Made by a program: the position numbers and the translations under genes | Shown: piece by piece, positions 1-8,351 of the stretch | How the letters are laid out: the number at the start of each line of letters is the position of its first letter | Numbering within the stretch: position 1 is the stretch's first letter | Source of the DNA: Candidatus Thorarchaeota archaeon | GTDB lineage: Archaea > Asgardarchaeota > Thorarchaeia > Thorarchaeales > Thorarchaeaceae | DNA: 46,868 nt | Assembly: GCA_048884925.1 (NCBI GenBank) | Contig: JBHLQK010000001.1 | Coordinates: 1 to 46,868, forward strand | Direction: 5' to 3' | Notes under the pieces: generated by a model | Database searches by the model: none | Told to the model about the DNA's origin: nothing | The model's input: only the letters and a program-made list of their open reading frames with translations

Positions 1-347
1 ACATGAATTCCCAACACACTAGCCCCAATTGGGATTGCAAGAAGCCACCCAGGAAATCTGGTTATACGTTCCAGAGCCAATCTTAGGTTTGACGAGAGCC
101 CACAGACAATAGTCCTACTGACTTCGTAGTTATGCTTCTCTTCCTCCCAAACTGCGATAAGTTCACTTTCGGACGTAAAATCACGCCAAAACACAAGCTT
201 GTGATGATGGGGGCATAGCATTGCGAGACTTTCAGTAATGTCATCCACAAGCTCAACATCTAGACCAGTGACCAAGATTGGAAGACGGTTCATAACAGAA
301 TTCAGCAGAAGTGGAAAATCGTTCCCCATTAGCTCGATCATTCGCAT
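1..347 (-). CDS. hypothetical protein, 3' end cut by the window edge (about 115 N-terminal codons visible)
   Basis: Absent from the ORF track because it runs off the window. Reading the minus strand from the ATG at 347-345 gives MRMIELMGNDFPLLLNSVMNRLPILVTGLDVELVDD... with no stop down to position 1. It starts 11 nt after the stop of the Roadblock gene on the same strand. Confidence 0.4.
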   Translation of the reverse strand, partial: MRMIELMGNDFPLLLNSVMNRLPILVTGLDVELVDDITESLAMLCPHHHKLVFWRDFTSESELIAVWEEEKHNYEVSRTIVCGLSSNLRLALERITRFPGWLLAIPIGASVLGIH

Positions 348-358
348 GATAGAATAAG

Positions 359-1306
359 TCATGGCTCTCGCCTCGCTAAAACAACCCCATTGTCAGCCCC
401 TCCAGACAAAAGCAGCTCCCTCAAATCATCTGGGACTGAGGGTCGCATTGCTTCGACAGTATCAAGTACTCTCTTGATTTCCTCAATATAGTGCTTGAGT
501 AGAAGCCGCATGAGGCCAAGTTTCTGACCACCACGATTTACCCATAGACTGAACACCCCATTAGGAACTGCATAGATGAAGTGTCTAGTTAATCCAGTTT
601 CACAGAGTACAGTCTGAAGAGAGCTATTTCGTAGCGTTCGGACCACGCGTTCTGAAGCATCATGAAGAGCGAATGACATTGCAGCAAGTCTGTCATTAGT
701 GAACCCCTCAAGAGAAACACGAACACCACCGCTAAGGGAAAGAAAGACCGAATCAATGTCAGGGATGCTGTCATGGACCTGTCGTAGTAATGCTCTCAAT
801 GTGAGGGCTTGAGATCGACCAAGTGAGATGATTGACCTTGATGTTGTATAAGATGTGTCTTGTCCTTCGGCTACTGCAAATCCACTAAGAACACGGTGCG
901 TTTCATCGCTGCTGTAGGAACGCAGTGGAGGAAGCCGGCCATCCATATGTTGTCGCAATAGGAACGAAACACGGGATAGACTGTCTTTCATCTCTATGAA
1001 TAACGCCGCAAGATTCACCCTAGGTGCTGTTGTGACCGTCAAAAAGTAGTCGGGGTCATTTGGAAGTGACGCAAGAAAGACCTTGGAGGTTTCAGACTCC
1101 ATTAGGAGGTATTTGAATTCTCCATGGATAAGCCGTGCAACTCCATATATCGCACATGTTGATGATGCGACTGCAAATACTTCTTCTTTGCTGAACCAGA
1201 CACCTGCACTTGCAACAGGGAGCCCATCCTTCTGAATCAGGACTACATTCTCAACGCCGGTGATCATTTTGATGCTTTGCAGCGTTTCATTTAGCTCGTC
1301 AGTCAA
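359..1306 (-). CDS. tandem Roadblock/LC7 (MglB-like) domain protein
   Basis: 315-aa ORF with a TTG start. The N-terminal half (ITGVENVVLIQKDGLPVASAG...FLTVTT) and the C-terminal half (IDSVFLSLSGGVRVSLEG...HFIYAVPNGVFSLWV) each look like a Roadblock/LC7 fold. Confidence 0.75.
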   Translation of the reverse strand: MTDELNETLQSIKMITGVENVVLIQKDGLPVASAGVWFSKEEVFAVASSTCAIYGVARLIHGEFKYLLMESETSKVFLASLPNDPDYFLTVTTAPRVNLAALFIEMKDSLSRVSFLLRQHMDGRLPPLRSYSSDETHRVLSGFAVAEGQDTSYTTSRSIISLGRSQALTLRALLRQVHDSIPDIDSVFLSLSGGVRVSLEGFTNDRLAAMSFALHDASERVVRTLRNSSLQTVLCETGLTRHFIYAVPNGVFSLWVNRGGQKLGLMRLLLKHYIEEIKRVLDTVEAMRPSVPDDLRELLLSGGADNGVVLARREP

Positions 1307-1422
1307 TCACTCAGCTCCGGACCTAGAAGATGGTCCAATGTAGAATCTCTGAAGTCACTATATAACCACCACACAGATTGCTTTCCACATGATGCTGTGT
1401 TGAGCTAGACTTTGGTCCATAA

Positions 1423-2718
1423 TTACATGTGAATTAAAGCGGCATCTGGAACCTCTTGGAAAACTTCACGTGCAGCTTGACCAACCTTTCTACGATTATG
1501 ATCAAATGTATACACGCGGATGACATCAAGGTACACCTTCATCATCTCTGCAATGTTTGAATATTCTGAAAGATTGTGGGAAACTTTCTTGCCATCAACT
1601 GTCTCGAAGATTTTTATCTCCATGGGATTTAGCTGATGTGGATTATAGGGAACTGACGGAAGTGTAGGTACATCTACTATCACTTCTTCAGATGGCACAC
1701 CCGCTAATGCTGCAATCTCATCTTGAATGCTCTCTCTAACCCTTCGTTTCGTAAGAATCTTAGAAACAAAGCGGTCTTCGGTATGTAAGACCTTTTCGAA
1801 TACTGACTTGTACAAAACACGCGAGTCTAGCATGTTCACTATACTGAATGCATCCTTGGCATCATCAGACTCAGATGGGTCAATCTTCCTAATTCTTGAG
1901 ATCAGTGACATATCATCCAGTTTCAGAAACTCCTCAGGAGTTGAAAAGCTTGTCAGCCCCAAAACACTGTCTGCAGCACTCATCAGTTTGACCAACATTA
2001 CTTCAACACTGCGAACGGTCTTGTGATAATAGACATTAAGAAACATCTCATATCGTGCAACAAGGAATGCTTCCAGTGCACCTCGAGCCGCGATGTCAAA
2101 CTCTAGTGATAGATCATCAGACACTTCTAGACTGTTGATGAGTCGATGAATATCAACAAGACCATAATTCACGCCACAATAGAAAGAATCTCTAATGAGA
2201 TAGTCCATTTTATCGGCATCGACCTGACCTGCAACAATTGAACTGACAATCGAATCAGTCTTGGTTTCGCGTCTTCCCCGAACTAGGTTGGCTATCCGAT
2301 TCTTGGAAATTCCACCATCCTCAAGCAGATCTCCAACTTCGCTCTCGCGAATAATCCATTCAGTGACGTCTTCATGATTCCATCCCCTTCGTTCGATCAA
2401 TGCTTCTTCAAAGACGTGACTGAAAGGACCATGGCCCATGTCATGAAGAAGACCTGCGATTCGGACCTCTTGAAGAGTTTTCTCACCGAGATTCATTGGC
2501 CCAAGGAGTTTCTTTCCAGTCAGACCCGCCAGAAACATGGCGCCAATGCAGTGCCCAAAACGTGTATGCTCAGCAGCGGGGTATACGAAATGACCGCCAG
2601 AAAGTTGCTTTATCCGTCTGAGCCTTTGGTAAGGCTTGGAGTTAATGACTTTTGACTCAAGTTCTGTAAGCCCAATAAATCCATGAATGGGATCATTCAG
2701 TTCCATTATGAAATCCAT
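1423..2718 (-). CDS. HD-domain phosphohydrolase, SAMHD1/dGTPase-like (COG1078 type)
   Basis: 431 aa. Shows NDPIHGFI...YQRLRRIKQL...EHTRFGHCIG...LLHDMGHGPFSH...DADKMDYLIRD, the classical HD-domain dNTP triphosphohydrolase-like signature. Confidence 0.8.
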   Translation of the reverse strand: MDFIMELNDPIHGFIGLTELESKVINSKPYQRLRRIKQLSGGHFVYPAAEHTRFGHCIGAMFLAGLTGKKLLGPMNLGEKTLQEVRIAGLLHDMGHGPFSHVFEEALIERRGWNHEDVTEWIIRESEVGDLLEDGGISKNRIANLVRGRRETKTDSIVSSIVAGQVDADKMDYLIRDSFYCGVNYGLVDIHRLINSLEVSDDLSLEFDIAARGALEAFLVARYEMFLNVYYHKTVRSVEVMLVKLMSAADSVLGLTSFSTPEEFLKLDDMSLISRIRKIDPSESDDAKDAFSIVNMLDSRVLYKSVFEKVLHTEDRFVSKILTKRRVRESIQDEIAALAGVPSEEVIVDVPTLPSVPYNPHQLNPMEIKIFETVDGKKVSHNLSEYSNIAEMMKVYLDVIRVYTFDHNRRKVGQAAREVFQEVPDAALIHM

Positions 2719-2735
2719 GAGAATTCCTCAATTGT

Positions 2736-3476
2736 CTACATCTGTGGGTTAAATGACCTCAATTCCCGGACCAATTCTTCACAGGTCAAATCAGAAACGC
2801 AAAGAGGTAGGTGGATACTATCTGCAATTTTGACAGCAAGTGGATCAAGCTCCTTAACTCCTTGTAATATCACTACTGCTGGTTTGACCGCTGCAGAAGT
2901 ACCAATCTGACTCGCTTTTATTGCAACCATTGGGGAGCGCCCAGTAGAAACATTTGTGAGAATCGCAGCTCTTTGTGTAGTTCCCCCATAGAGTCGAAGA
3001 AGCTGTTGCGGTGTCAAACTGACAATAGCTTTTACACTATCTAGTGCTGTGTAACCATAGATATCACGGTCCAGAAGGTTACCATGTGTGAGTATTTTGG
3101 ATTCCAGTCTATCAACGAGAAGACGAGCTGGCACAGGCAACCCAAACTCCCTGCTGTCAAGTATTGCATCTGATGCTATCTCTGGAGCTATGAGTTTCTC
3201 AAGTGCCATTGCGACCCTACCACCATTTACGGCGTCCATCTCGATTAGACCCTCAACGAATCGTCTTATGGTTTCAACTCGAGGTGATTTCCTTCTGCCG
3301 CTTTCATAATCACTGATTACTGATGGTGATACACCAAGATGTTTTGCTAGGTATTTCTGCGAAATCTGAAAACGCTCACGCCAGCGTTTCATCACAGCTC
3401 CAGGATCATTTTCTGCGAGGCATATCTCTCCTGCCATGGCCTCTGCTAGCCTATGGAGTGCCTCACTTCCTTCCAT
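2736..3476 (-). CDS. XRE-type HTH transcriptional regulator with C-terminal domain (archaeal COG1709-like)
   Basis: 246 aa. HTH segment ISQKYLAKHLGVSPSVISDYESGRRKSP, followed by about 150 aa of a conserved-looking globular domain. Confidence 0.7.
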   Translation of the reverse strand: MEGSEALHRLAEAMAGEICLAENDPGAVMKRWRERFQISQKYLAKHLGVSPSVISDYESGRRKSPRVETIRRFVEGLIEMDAVNGGRVAMALEKLIAPEIASDAILDSREFGLPVPARLLVDRLESKILTHGNLLDRDIYGYTALDSVKAIVSLTPQQLLRLYGGTTQRAAILTNVSTGRSPMVAIKASQIGTSAAVKPAVVILQGVKELDPLAVKIADSIHLPLCVSDLTCEELVRELRSFNPQM

Positions 3477-3597
3477 AGCAAGACTCCAGAAGGACTTTTC
3501 TGATAAAGATTTGCGAAGTTGTTTATAACCACTGTATCTTATTCGGCACCGAAGGACTCAAAGAGAGCTCGATGCTCAGAGTAGATTGGTTGAAGCT

Positions 3598-4362
3598 ATG
3601 TTCTTCATATTCTTGGTTGGTACTGCTGGGTCAGGAAAATCGCTTCTCACTTCATCCCTTGAGAAATGGCTGGTTGAAGCCGGGGTAAGTGTAACAGTTG
3701 TAAATCTTGACCCTGGGGTTGATGACCCACCCTACACAAGCGACGTGGACGTTCGTGAATATGTGAACTATGGCGAAATAATGCAACAGTTTGGACTTGG
3801 TCCAAATGGAGCACTTGTCGCTTCACTGGATATGGCCATAGGTCACGTGGGCGACCTAAGAGATGAGATATTCGAACTTGATCGTGATTATGTCCTAGTC
3901 GACTGTCCAGGGCAGATGGAGCTTTTCGCCTATCGAAACTCTGGGCCTCTAATGGTGTCAAGCCTTATGGGTCAGGATCCTGCTGTATCACTCTACTTGC
4001 TTGATTCGAATATTGCTCGTACACCAGTTGGATATCTCTCTTCAATGCTCCTTGGCATCTCGATAAGCATCCGTTTTGGCCTTCCACAGATCGGGATTCT
4101 AAGCAAATCTGATATCCTTATGGAGGAGCAAATAGAAGAAATTCTATCATGGTCATCTGATACTTACCTTTTAGAGGAGGCACTTGACGGCAGTTCTAGT
4201 GGTCTTATTCGGGAATATTCTGGTGCAATACTTCGTATGCTTGATGACATTGGTGGGGGCAGTGCTGTGGTACCAGTATCAGCAAAGGTCATGACAGGAA
4301 TCGATATTCTATATGGAGAGCTTCAACGTGCATTTCTAGGTGGAGACAATCTAATAGTCTGA
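3598..4362 (+). CDS. GPN-loop GTPase
   Basis: P-loop GTAGSGKS, the diagnostic GPNGA motif (LGPNGALVAS), DCPGQ(M)E switch and SKSD. I prefer the ATG at 3598 over the TTG at 3586 given by the track. Confidence 0.85.
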   Translation: MFFIFLVGTAGSGKSLLTSSLEKWLVEAGVSVTVVNLDPGVDDPPYTSDVDVREYVNYGEIMQQFGLGPNGALVASLDMAIGHVGDLRDEIFELDRDYVLVDCPGQMELFAYRNSGPLMVSSLMGQDPAVSLYLLDSNIARTPVGYLSSMLLGISISIRFGLPQIGILSKSDILMEEQIEEILSWSSDTYLLEEALDGSSSGLIREYSGAILRMLDDIGGGSAVVPVSAKVMTGIDILYGELQRAFLGGDNLIV

Positions 4363-4375
4363 GCAGGGGGTTAAA

Positions 4376-5407
4376 TTGCGGGCCTTCTTTGCGATTATCT
4401 CAGGGAATGACGTCAACCTCGCCAAGGCTGAAGTTGATTCATTGATTGGTCTAACAGGAGCTGATGCTAGAGTTTCGTGGTTTGGACAGTTGGCCCAGAT
4501 TGAGTCAACCCATGATGTGGCACACTTTCTGTTGGAAAGGGCTGCTATGACAAAAGAGGCGGGTAGTATAATTGGTCATGGGCCAATTTCTGATACGTCC
4601 ATGGAATGGCTTTCAGATGATGTGTTGATGACCTGTGTGAAACCAACAGATACCTTCTCAGTGAGAACCAAATCTCTCACAGCAGAAAGACATGTGGAAC
4701 AGAGAGAAAGATTGAGTGCATTGCTTGGTGCACGTATCAAGAACCTGACAAATGCAAGAGTTTCATTAGACGAACCAGACGTGAAAGTGCTTGCTATAAT
4801 AATTCCAGATAGAATTTTAGTATGCATCTCGAAAGAGTCTAGGTTGAGGCTAGAATTAAGACTTAGAGAACCGGGACGAAAGCCCTTCTTTCACCCTTCA
4901 ATGATGAATTCGCAATTAGCACGAGTGATGTGTAATCTTGCGGGAGTGAAACCCAAAGCAGTTGTACTCGATCCATTCTGTGGGGGTGGTGGCATCTTAG
5001 GAGAAGCTGCTAGCATAGGTGCTAGAGTGGTTGGATTGGAGCTCGACTGGCGTTTGATTATTGGTGCACTGAAGAATCTTGCAGGGTCACTAGAGAGAGA
5101 AACATCTTTGGTTCAGGCAGATTCAAGATTGTTGCCCTTGCAGATAGGACGATTTGATTGCATAGCTACAGATCCACCATATGGTAGAGCGAGTTCAACT
5201 CGGGGGGCAAAGGCCAAAAGGCTAGTTCTGACTCTCTTGGAAAATGCGCCTGAGATTGTTAGAGATGGGGGACGTCTATGCATCTGTGGTAGCCATGATA
5301 TGGGTATCAGGGGAATGATACAGGACTTAGGTTTCATTATCAAGTATCATATTCCTGTACCAGTTCATAGTGGTCTCACTCGCGAAATAACAGTGGTAGA
5401 GTTCTAG
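4376..5407 (+). CDS. THUMP-type tRNA (guanine-N2)-methyltransferase, Trm11/Trm-G10-like
   Basis: SAM motif I DPFCGGGGILGEA and catalytic motif IV DPPYG (ATDPPYGRAS), with an N-terminal THUMP-like half. TTG start preceded by GCAGGGGG. Confidence 0.7.
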   Translation: MRAFFAIISGNDVNLAKAEVDSLIGLTGADARVSWFGQLAQIESTHDVAHFLLERAAMTKEAGSIIGHGPISDTSMEWLSDDVLMTCVKPTDTFSVRTKSLTAERHVEQRERLSALLGARIKNLTNARVSLDEPDVKVLAIIIPDRILVCISKESRLRLELRLREPGRKPFFHPSMMNSQLARVMCNLAGVKPKAVVLDPFCGGGGILGEAASIGARVVGLELDWRLIIGALKNLAGSLERETSLVQADSRLLPLQIGRFDCIATDPPYGRASSTRGAKAKRLVLTLLENAPEIVRDGGRLCICGSHDMGIRGMIQDLGFIIKYHIPVPVHSGLTREITVVEF

Positions 5408-5823
5408 CCAACAATGACTCGTCCGTCCTTTGTAGGGGGTGCAAACCAAGCAAGAAATCCGTTGAAATCAGTTTCATCCTCAAAGGTAATGTCTAGCTCG
5501 ATACATCCCAAGGGAGGCTCTTCTTCGGTTTCATCGACAATTCTTAGCTTCCCATAGTATGCTGCCTGCTTATCAAAAAAGATAGATGTCTTGGTCCCAT
5601 CCCAGTTTGAAAAGACTCGTTTGCGGACCACATCAATAATCCGTTGAGTATGAGTATACTGCCGAATTAGGTCAAGCGAGCTTCTCTTGTTTGACCTGAG
5701 CATTAGATGACCGTCCTCAGTTTCGTGGCAGGAACTGTCCGAAACAAAAAGGTGGGTGAGTGCGGAACAGACTCGTTCTATATCCTCTGTGGGATAGATT
5801 GGACATCTAAAAATGACGTCCAT
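5404..5823 (-). CDS. UPF0201/COG1931-type predicted RNA-binding protein
   Basis: 139 aa. N-terminus VIFRCPIYPTEDIERVCSALTHLF is typical of this archaeal family. It lies directly downstream of a UPF0200-like kinase, which is the usual pairing. Confidence 0.6.
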   Translation of the reverse strand: MDVIFRCPIYPTEDIERVCSALTHLFVSDSSCHETEDGHLMLRSNKRSSLDLIRQYTHTQRIIDVVRKRVFSNWDGTKTSIFFDKQAAYYGKLRIVDETEEEPPLGCIELDITFEDETDFNGFLAWFAPPTKDGRVIVG

Positions 5824-6363
5824 TTACGTGAACCTCTGAACAAGTGTCCTAGACTCATTCCGGAGCTCTTCTATGGTTCTTTCATTAACCACAACAATAT
5901 CACTTAGAGCGATTACTGCTCCAAGACCAACGGATATCTCGCGAAGATCACGTTCTCTGAACGTAACCCAGTCCTGCGGATCGTCTTTTCGACCACGTTG
6001 CTTTAGACGCAAGAAACGTGCTTTTGGAGAAGAATGAACGCAGACTATGCATACTTCGTCTGCACAATCATCAAACACATCGACCTCGGCAAGGCTCCTG
6101 CATCCCTCAATCACAACTATCTCGGAGTCTGCGTTTCTTAGACTTTCCACACACTGTATGGCGACCGCACCTGGACCATCCCGCTCGCGAAGCTCCAGCA
6201 TGACTAGTTTGTTGTTCTCAGGATTGACATCCATACCACGTCGTTCCACTTCTTCGCGAATGATATCACCCATGACAATGACTGGAACCCCGGCGCTTTG
6301 AAAGGCATTTGCAACTTCACTTTTGCCAGCCCCAGGCATCCCTGTTAGAATTATGAGCTTCAT
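5824..6363 (-). CDS. P-loop nucleotide kinase-like protein (UPF0200 / dephospho-CoA-kinase-related)
   Basis: MKLIILTGMPGAGKS Walker A at the N-terminus. I prefer the ATG at 6363 over the GTG at 6393. Confidence 0.7.
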   Translation of the reverse strand: MKLIILTGMPGAGKSEVANAFQSAGVPVIVMGDIIREEVERRGMDVNPENNKLVMLELRERDGPGAVAIQCVESLRNADSEIVVIEGCRSLAEVDVFDDCADEVCIVCVHSSPKARFLRLKQRGRKDDPQDWVTFRERDLREISVGLGAVIALSDIVVVNERTIEELRNESRTLVQRFT

Positions 6364-6467
6364 GGTCAGGTTCCCTTGGATGCAAACTGGCACTCCACTT
6401 TACCCTTGCGGTCGTCAGTCTAATATGACACTATGTTTCCTGGGTTATAGTCAGTCAGCGAGGTGTA

Positions 6468-7034
6468 ATGATGTCTTCTATGAGTAGAATATTTCTAAGC
6501 ATTGACATTGAAGATGACACGCTTCTCTCAAGAATTGCGAATATTCAGTCAGAGCTAGATAGGCAATCAGCGAAAATTAAACTAGTTGAGAGAGAGGATA
6601 TCCATTTCACGTTGAGATTTCTTGGGGACACATCACATACGAAGATCGAGATGATTAGAGAGGAGCTTTCATTGATCCGATTCAGACCCTTTATAATTCG
6701 GATTGATGGCGTTGGTGCTTTCCCAAGTACTAGTCGTCCAAGAGTAATATGGGTAGGGGTAACTGAGAATGCAGACAGGCTCACCAACTTGAAATTGGAA
6801 ATAGATGACCTCCTTGGCAATTTAAGCTATCCGCGAGATAAGAAGTTTCATGCGCATGCCACAATTGCACGGGTCAGGACGGTACGAGATCGTAATCAGA
6901 CAATGAAAAACATCGAGAGTCTGGAAAGGGCACCAGTAGGAACAATGTCGGTTGAGTGTTTCAGGATGACGAAAAGTACCTTGACCTCATCAGGACCAGT
7001 CTATGAAACTCTGTGGGAAGTACCATCTTCATGA
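6468..7034 (+). CDS. thpR: RNA 2',3'-cyclic phosphodiesterase (2H phosphoesterase, LigT/ThpR)
   Basis: Two H-x-T/S motifs (HFTLRFLG and HATIARV) with the spacing expected for the 2H family. GAGGTG lies upstream of the ATG. Confidence 0.85.
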   Translation: MMSSMSRIFLSIDIEDDTLLSRIANIQSELDRQSAKIKLVEREDIHFTLRFLGDTSHTKIEMIREELSLIRFRPFIIRIDGVGAFPSTSRPRVIWVGVTENADRLTNLKLEIDDLLGNLSYPRDKKFHAHATIARVRTVRDRNQTMKNIESLERAPVGTMSVECFRMTKSTLTSSGPVYETLWEVPSS

Positions 7035-7040
7035 AGAGAG

Positions 7041-7149
7041 TGGTGGGCCGGGGGCGACTTGAACGCCCGATCTCTTGCATTCTGTGACTTGAGGCCCTAG
7101 GTCCTTAGCCGCCCCAAGCAAGAATCATACCAAGCTAGACTACCGACCC
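7041..7149 (-). tRNA. tRNA-Pro (anticodon GGG) with a canonical 37/38 intron of about 32 nt, CCA encoded
   Basis: Minus strand reads GGGTCGG TA GTCT..GAT T CTTGC TTGGGG[intron]T GCAAG AGATC GGGCG TTCAAGT CGCCC CCGGCCC A CCA. All four stems pair. The 109-nt gene minus the 77-nt mature length gives a 32-nt intron. Confidence 0.85.
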
Positions 7150-7176
7150 TTGCAGTCGTTGTCGTGAACTGATGTC

Positions 7177-7184
7177 AAGATAAA
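7177..7184 (-). promoter_or_regulatory. TATA-like box (TTTATCTT on the minus strand) for tRNA-Pro
   Basis: Lies about 27-35 nt upstream of the tRNA 5' end and 21 nt from the palindrome at 7206-7217. Confidence 0.3.
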
Positions 7185-7205
7185 CGTTATTGCAAAGCAC
7201 TACTG

Positions 7206-7217
7206 GAACACGTGTTC
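7206..7217. promoter_or_regulatory. perfect 12-bp palindrome GAACACGTGTTC, copy 1
   Basis: Exact match read from the sequence. Sits in the divergent tRNA-Pro / deacetylase intergenic region. Confidence 0.7.
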
Positions 7218-7295
7218 GAATAGATGACGACTCATTGGTTTCGGGGTCTACACTTATCTACGGGAAATGAATCAAGCAGACAAAGGGGTGTAGTA

Positions 7296-8351
7296 ATGAC
7301 CACGGATCTCCTCTATCATGAAATATTCACTAAGCACGTGATGTCACCAAGTCATCCGGAAAGTCCTGAAAGATTGTTGTCGGCTATGAAACACATCCGA
7401 GAAACTGGCCTTCTTGAGGAATCCAAAGTCAATGTGGTCGAGGGCATCCCTGCCAATCTAGATTTGATTCATTCTATTCATGGAAAGCAGTACATAGATA
7501 TGGTCAAATCCAAGTCTGAGAGCGGGGGTGGGTATTTTACACTGGACACTGCTGTCAACAAATACACCTATGATGCCGCAATGATGGCTGCTGGCGCTGG
7601 CACATTGGCTATGGACAGAATCATGGAGGGCACCTCTAATAATGCATACGTGTTGTGTCGCCCACCAGGACATCATGCAGAATATGATAGAGCCTTCGGT
7701 TTCTGTTTCATCAATAATGTGGCTGTTGCAGCGAAACATCTCATTCAACAACACGGAGTACAGAGAGTGCTGATTGTGGACTATGATGCCCATCATGGAA
7801 ACGGAACCCAGAATGCATTCTACACGAGCAATCAGGTCCTCTATATAGGGCTTCATCAGGATGGGCGAACCCTCTTCCCAGGCTCGGGATTTCCGGATGA
7901 GATTGGAACCGGAGAAGGAAAGGGCTACAATGTCAATCTTGCAATGTATCCGGGAGCTGGCGATAGGTCCTATGACATTGCATTTTCGGAAATCGTGGAA
8001 AAGATCAGCGAGTCATATAACCCCGAGTTTGTGCTTGTTTCATGCGGTTTTGATGGACACTTCAGTGATCCGTTGACTGTATTGGGTTTGACCACCTCTG
8101 GAATGGCAATGATGAACTCTAGACTAAATTTAATGGCAAAGAGTTTCTGTGGGGGAAAATTGGCATTCTTCCTTGAGGGGGGCTATGATCTTGATATTGT
8201 AGGAAAGTGTTCACGTAATATTATAGAAGAGCTCAGTGGTACCGAAGTAACATCATATCCCGATACACATGATGAGAGTGAGAATTGTACACAATACACA
8301 AGAGAGCTCATTAATAGGTTAAGAAAAAGTCTGAGTGGTATTCACTTCTAG
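7296..8351 (+). CDS. histone deacetylase-family protein (HDAC / acetoin utilisation / acetylpolyamine amidohydrolase type)
   Basis: RPPGHHA, FCFINNVA, DYDAHHGNGTQ and GGY motifs. I prefer the ATG at 7296 (AAGGGGTG upstream) over the start at 7224. Confidence 0.85.
   Translation: MTTDLLYHEIFTKHVMSPSHPESPERLLSAMKHIRETGLLEESKVNVVEGIPANLDLIHSIHGKQYIDMVKSKSESGGGYFTLDTAVNKYTYDAAMMAAGAGTLAMDRIMEGTSNNAYVLCRPPGHHAEYDRAFGFCFINNVAVAAKHLIQQHGVQRVLIVDYDAHHGNGTQNAFYTSNQVLYIGLHQDGRTLFPGSGFPDEIGTGEGKGYNVNLAMYPGAGDRSYDIAFSEIVEKISESYNPEFVLVSCGFDGHFSDPLTVLGLTTSGMAMMNSRLNLMAKSFCGGKLAFFLEGGYDLDIVGKCSRNIIEELSGTEVTSYPDTHDESENCTQYTRELINRLRKSLSGIHF

Noticed and set aside
7206-7217. Idea that the CACGTG core of the palindrome indicates a eukaryote-like E-box/bHLH regulator.
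   Set aside because: CACGTG is only the centre of a longer 12-16 bp palindrome. No bHLH-like gene is visible in the window, so the resemblance is probably coincidental.
7224-7295. N-terminal extensions offered by the track for the deacetylase (7224), S10 (32142), rfcS (13543), LKR (40876), the kinase (6393), MCM (12708) and GPN (3586).
   Set aside because: In each case a downstream ATG aligns with the conserved family N-terminus and has a purine-rich ribosome-binding-like sequence. The extensions have no family counterpart.
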